Assembly (NCBI GenBank): GCA_020724525.1
Contig: DYGU01000006.1
Coordinates: forward strand, 13,210 to 77,209
Origin: Dehalococcoides mccartyi
Lineage (GTDB): Bacteria > Chloroflexota > Dehalococcoidia > GIF9 > DYGU01
DNA length: 64,000 nucleotides
Reading direction: 5' to 3'
Made by a program: the position numbers and the translations under genes. The notes under the pieces are model-generated. The model saw nothing but the letters and a program-made list of their open reading frames with translations, searched no databases and was not told the DNA's origin. Shown here in pieces: positions 61,301 through 64,000 of this stretch. Numbering within the stretch: the first letter of the stretch is position 1; the number at the start of each line of letters is the position of its first letter.

Positions 61301-61540
61301 AAGCTTGAGCCGGGTAAAACTTACTTCTGGCAGGTAAGAGCCATAGAACCAGCTTTTAGTGATTGGAGTGCCATCGGCGTTTTTACCACTACCGAGGAGG
61401 CCACATCTAAAGCAACTCAACCTTTACCCACACCACAGCAACCTAAAATACCTCCCTGGATATGGCTAACTATAGTACTCTTCGGGCTAACCTGGGGCCT
61501 CGTGCTCATTTTGTTCCTCAAATCCCGCCATTGGCTATAA
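58373..61540 (+). CDS. Large secreted beta-propeller (BNR/Asp-box) + Fn3-like protein with C-terminal TM anchor
   Basis: Signal peptide, repeated S.DGG..W Asp-boxes, two YYWRVR/YFWQVRA Fn3-like modules, terminal TM helix. Confidence 0.85.
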   Translation: MKLKLWQYCLITIFFFTSIIIAASPSGHSQLVAADSPALQWLRLNTPQNGAPGHYVLMNNSEVSRIAVSNDNKTIYALDNWNTRLYKSNDAGYTWQDLTTRLNAAPGLPGAYTALVALATPPDDPNFVAVAGTAGGIKAVSISADGGINWGYTGPLPTTVLGTIRSLDVAKAIPGGLGIIRNIAVSTANDIAGGTVARLEFGSIGGWVDTFVAYPGATASDVTAIKFSPNFLIDRTLLAVCQTATRSILQAANFGAAPIWNTTYTGYPINIDYPPGTATPNATQIITSDMALPSDYIGTNPSRRRVYIGFNATGGIRDAFRIDNTSVFRLNVLDGANIDLTSIAYYGTYDSGKLLAGRTDGIGIETQVYRTFNPQSRLPDWKTSAKPPTGPGKAFVRWAPDGKSAFCGTSGVGANDESAFSRSIDAGLSWNQTGIIDTVINRINHLEPSPNGDTLFMTTINVGAANADSLWRSINPIMGKWERVLARSSTGTGDNPRAKVAPDYADTKIVWFISFDISLSTQQLLVSYDGGNTFEARASNIVLIDLAVEDKNTLYGLNASGAVSKSVDGGWTWQTPVMTGLDNGYSITTAYTGSTPDNDKGKVIVGGTGTGNYDVAYSIDGGATFTSIPLPLPAPRGNTLVLASSGYKMDGTILAMTADGIYAWGIYAGKNVWEQWGFTSWGGWDYGFRFTGIVIFRNYTAYASTLRTLPWGTNGVGRWFYPNLLANLDPDVSFQAQPRGLKLSGGLEANQPVVLWAADTRAYNPPQGGVWYYADTLIWLGPPPAEPVSQAIIEYDPVTGRAGGIFLKWQPRSLADGYQIQIAVDEDFAALITDIGRFPYYYPHDPLQPTLLLPAGGGTITDRKGNSWAIPALPAGKTYYWRVRVRSTIYGDSLMSPWSWRESLAVKTGVPVRSPSPGLLILSPKIGATDVPPTPAFSWIPSPGTTKYEFVLYRDAALTDIIVKAIIPTSAWLYPGKLEPGKTYFWQVRAIEPAFSDWSAIGVFTTTEEATSKATQPLPTPQQPKIPPWIWLTIVLFGLTWGLVLILFLKSRHWL

Positions 61541-61705
61541 GAATAGCATTATTACCGGTCTTGAGCGCTTTCTCACCGACCTGTATAAAGTCCATTCTGG
61601 TAAAGAGGCTGAACCCCGTCAGGCTATTGATGACTTTTATCTCAGTAAAAAGCATATAGACTGTGCCTCAGAACTGGAAGCTCGCTATTTGAAGGTGTGG
61701 CTTAT

Positions 61706-61807
61706 AGACTGCTGAAAAAGTCCTTCGGACATTTTTCAGCAGCTTTTGATCTGCCCCAATGGGGAAAAGAGGGTTACCCGCTGAAAAACGCAGTTTTTCA
61801 GCGGTCT
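61706..61807. mobile_element. Second MITE-like element with 14-bp terminal inverted repeats
   Basis: AGACTGCTGAAAAA...TTTTTCAGCGGTCT, with two internal GCTGAAAAA..TTTTTCAGC hairpins. Confidence 0.6.
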
Positions 61808-61814
61808 CCTTAAT

Positions 61815-62162
61815 TCAATACTTTGTCTCTTTATTGAGAATTTCTTCAATTTGTGGTATGAGTTCTGGCAATTCTTGTTTAACTTGCCAGATAACATCAT
61901 ATTTAATGCCAAAATAGTGGTGGATTAGTTTATCCCGTAATCCGGCAAGTTCCTTCCACGGAATTTGTGGATATTTCTTTTTTCAATTGGCAGATATGCT
62001 TTTTGTAGCCTCTCCCACAACTTCAAGGTTTCGAATCATAGCATCTTGAGTTTTTCTGTCTTGCATAAACCCCTCATAAGTTAATCCCTCAGTGTAAATA
62101 ATTATTCTCTCTATAGCCTCTTTAATGTCACCAAGGTAGTCTTTGTCTCTTCTTTTAGACAT
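61815..62162 (-). pseudogene. HEPN (DUF86/HepT) toxin with in-frame TGA
   Basis: IRNLEVVGEATK, TGA at 61983-61985, IPWKELAGLRDKLIHHYFG (RX4H). Confidence 0.85.
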
Positions 62163-62478
62163 AAATCAAACTCTTTTTGATATCCTCGGCAATATGCTTA
62201 TATCTTGGATTGCTAAAACTTCTTTCCAAGCACTCAAAGGTGGCAACATCCACTTTTCTGCCCAGTGATTCTTCAAGGTAATATGCCAGTTTTACAAATC
62301 CAAGACCTAAAGGTTTTTTGAGTTCTATAAGAATGTCTATATCACTTCTTCCCCTTTGTAAACCCCTGGCAAAGGAGCCGAAGATACATATTCTTTCTAC
62401 TCCATATTCATCCCTTAAATAGGGGAGCTCTTTCCTGAGAGCTTCGATAACACTTTCTTTTGTAAGTATTCTTTTCAT
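62155..62478 (-). CDS. Minimal nucleotidyltransferase (MntA-like) antitoxin
   Basis: IFGSFARG....SDIDIL, LGRKVD. Confidence 0.9.
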   Translation of the reverse strand: MKRILTKESVIEALRKELPYLRDEYGVERICIFGSFARGLQRGRSDIDILIELKKPLGLGFVKLAYYLEESLGRKVDVATFECLERSFSNPRYKHIAEDIKKSLIYV

Positions 62479-62626
62479 AGCTACCATTATCCCCAACCTT
62501 AAAACCATTATAACATGTTGAGGAACTCAAGCAATTTATCGCGGGAGTCGTAGAGCACAAGTTCGGGGAATTTCTCGGACCCCGTGATTTGGGGATATAG
62601 CTAACAGAGGAAATCAAAGGGAGGAC

Positions 62627-62974
62627 TTATTTCTCGTGCAGGTCTTCTAATACTTTTTGCATTAGTGGTTTCAGTGCCGGAATATCTTGCTTGATGGTAT
62701 CCCAAACTACCTTCAAATTGATACCAAAGTATTCGTGAATTAATTTATCTCTCATACCTGCGGCATCTTTCCAGGGTATTTGGGGATAACGATTCTTTAC
62801 CGAGCGAGATATTCTTTTGGCTGCTTCCCCAATAACTTCTAAAGCCCTTACCACCGCAAAGATAGTTTTATCATCTTTTATGAAATCGTTGTATTCCATA
62901 CCTTGTGTAAACTGTTGTATCTTTGATAGAGCGTCTATTACGTCTTCGATATAATCTAAGGACTCTCGCTTCAA
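62627..62974 (-). CDS. HEPN (DUF86/HepT) toxin
   Basis: RALEVIGEAAK, IPW..AGMRDKLIHEYFG. Confidence 0.92.
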   Translation of the reverse strand: MKRESLDYIEDVIDALSKIQQFTQGMEYNDFIKDDKTIFAVVRALEVIGEAAKRISRSVKNRYPQIPWKDAAGMRDKLIHEYFGINLKVVWDTIKQDIPALKPLMQKVLEDLHEK

Positions 62975-63264
62975 ATATTTATTACCTCGGTCAAAATGCG
63001 TTGTCCTATCCTTGGCTTTAAAGCGTCTTTCATAACTAAGTCAACTTTAATGCCTATAATTTCGCTCAGGTAATTTTCCAAATTAATAAACTTAAGAAGG
63101 CTTATTGGTTCATCAAACTCCACTAAAATATCTAAATCACTTCTCCTTTTAGGCTCACCCCTAACATAAGAACCAAATATTCCAATCTCCCTAACTTTGT
63201 ACCTCTGTCTCAATACTTCCTTAGACTCGGCTAAGATACTTTTTATTTCTTCAAGGGTCTTCAT
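62971..63264 (-). CDS. Minimal nucleotidyltransferase (MntA-like) antitoxin
   Basis: IFGSYVRGE...SDLDILVEF, KVDLV. Confidence 0.92.
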   Translation of the reverse strand: MKTLEEIKSILAESKEVLRQRYKVREIGIFGSYVRGEPKRRSDLDILVEFDEPISLLKFINLENYLSEIIGIKVDLVMKDALKPRIGQRILTEVINI

Positions 63265-63412
63265 ATTTCTGACCACCAAATTAAGGTTCTTCCTTAGACC
63301 CATTATAACATTCTCTTTGTGGTAGGAATATAGACAAAAAGGGAAAGGCAAAGCTATAATCAGTCTGTGGTTTCACTACCTCAGCCTCAAGTCCTTTTTA
63401 CTCAGGAAGAAA

Positions 63413-63862
63413 TTAAGAAAGCTGTCCAGCGGCTGGCTTTGGATTATTCGTGGCAAGCCAAGAAATGGGAACGACAGAAGCCATTTCGAGTTGGATAAGC
63501 TCTGGGTCACCTGTTACAATAGTTGCTCCTTTAAGTTTAGCCAAAGCTACAGCAAAGCAGTCCGCATAAGCTACAGACCAGTGTGCCTTAATATGGGCAG
63601 CAGCTAAGGTCTGGGCTCGGTTAGCGTCAACGATTTCAACCGGGAGTTCGTCAATGCGGGCTAAAGCTTCTTGGGCTTTTGGTAGTCCCCGCTCCCGTTC
63701 CGTTATGTATAAAACCTCCCCCAGGTTAACAATGCTCATAAACAAACGGCAGTGTCCGTGAAAAGCTTCCTCCAAGAGCTGCCTTACCCTCTCCTGCCCA
63801 GCTTCGTCACCAAAAAAGGCGAGAAGGGCATAGCTATCAAGAACAAAGCGCTCTGGCTCTAA
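63413..63862 (-). CDS. vapC: VapC (PIN) toxin; start codon unclear
   Basis: FVLDS, NLGEVLY, AYADCFA, IVTGDPE. Confidence 0.85.
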   Translation of the reverse strand, partial: LEPERFVLDSYALLAFFGDEAGQERVRQLLEEAFHGHCRLFMSIVNLGEVLYITERERGLPKAQEALARIDELPVEIVDANRAQTLAAAHIKAHWSVAYADCFAVALAKLKGATIVTGDPELIQLEMASVVPISWLATNNPKPAAGQLS

Positions 63863-63863
63863 T

Positions 63864-64000
63864 TTATTTCCCTTTACTAAGGTCTTCTTTTCGGGACTGA
63901 AGAAGCGCCTGGACAAGAGAAGTATTGCCCTTCAGCATACCTGCCGCGGCATCTAAAGGGCTTTTGGAAACAGGTACAATAGCTATTACCCCACCATAAT
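63864..64000 (-). CDS. AbrB/MazE-type antitoxin, 3' part (partial)
   Basis: YGGVIAIVPV..PL..A.GMLKG..SL...LL..R ends directly before vapC. Confidence 0.7.
   Translation of the reverse strand, partial: YGGVIAIVPVSKSPLDAAAGMLKGNTSLVQALLQSRKEDLSKGK

Noticed and set aside
61541..61712. Open frame NSIITGLERFLTDLYK... after the surface protein gene
   Set aside because: No start codon or recognisable family; possibly a gene remnant but unsupported.
29111..61985. In-frame TAA/TAG/TGA codons as stop-codon reassignment, selenocysteine or pyrrolysine
   Set aside because: All three stops terminate intact ribosomal genes, the positions are not catalytic Cys sites, and the same or neighbouring genes also carry frameshifts and missense decay.

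Overview
Bacterial chromosome segment, probably from an anaerobic Chloroflexota/Dehalococcoidia-like organism. This is inferred from gene order (spc/alpha operon, PGI/PMM, metK, ahcY, core MetE, mtnP, mtnA), the corrinoid salvage cluster and a large BNR/Fn3-like surface protein; no search was run. 1-9.4 kb: intact ribosomal spc/alpha/L13-S9 genes. 9.5-25.7 kb (minus strand): sugar-phosphate and SAM-cycle/methionine-salvage cluster, interrupted by a two-gene cassette of a frameshifted EndoIII-like (HhH-GPD, Fe-S) glycosylase and an intact beta-class amino DNA methyltransferase. 26.7-37.9 kb: a self-contained sigma-54 module (short RpoN, FeFe-hydrogenase-like sensor kinase, NtrC-type activator, near-perfect -24/-12 promoter) driving a NuoEFG-like operon, plus mvhD and an hdrD-like gene. 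Most of these redox genes carry nonsense codons, frameshifts or lost cysteines. 38-48 kb: transporters, trxA, several decayed genes and TA modules. 48-61.5 kb: two cobalamin riboswitches controlling btuCD-cbiB-cobD-cobQ-cobT-cobS-cobU and btuF plus a 1055-aa surface protein. 61.7-64 kb: TA cluster. Dispersed through the window are four solitary paralogous TM/coiled-coil mini-genes and a family of composite MITE-like elements with shared ends but different palindromic cargo. The best candidates for undescribed systems are the glycosylase-methyltransferase pair, the TM/coiled-coil mini-gene family, the nested repeat element, the sigma-54 sensory island and the B12-regulated surface protein.
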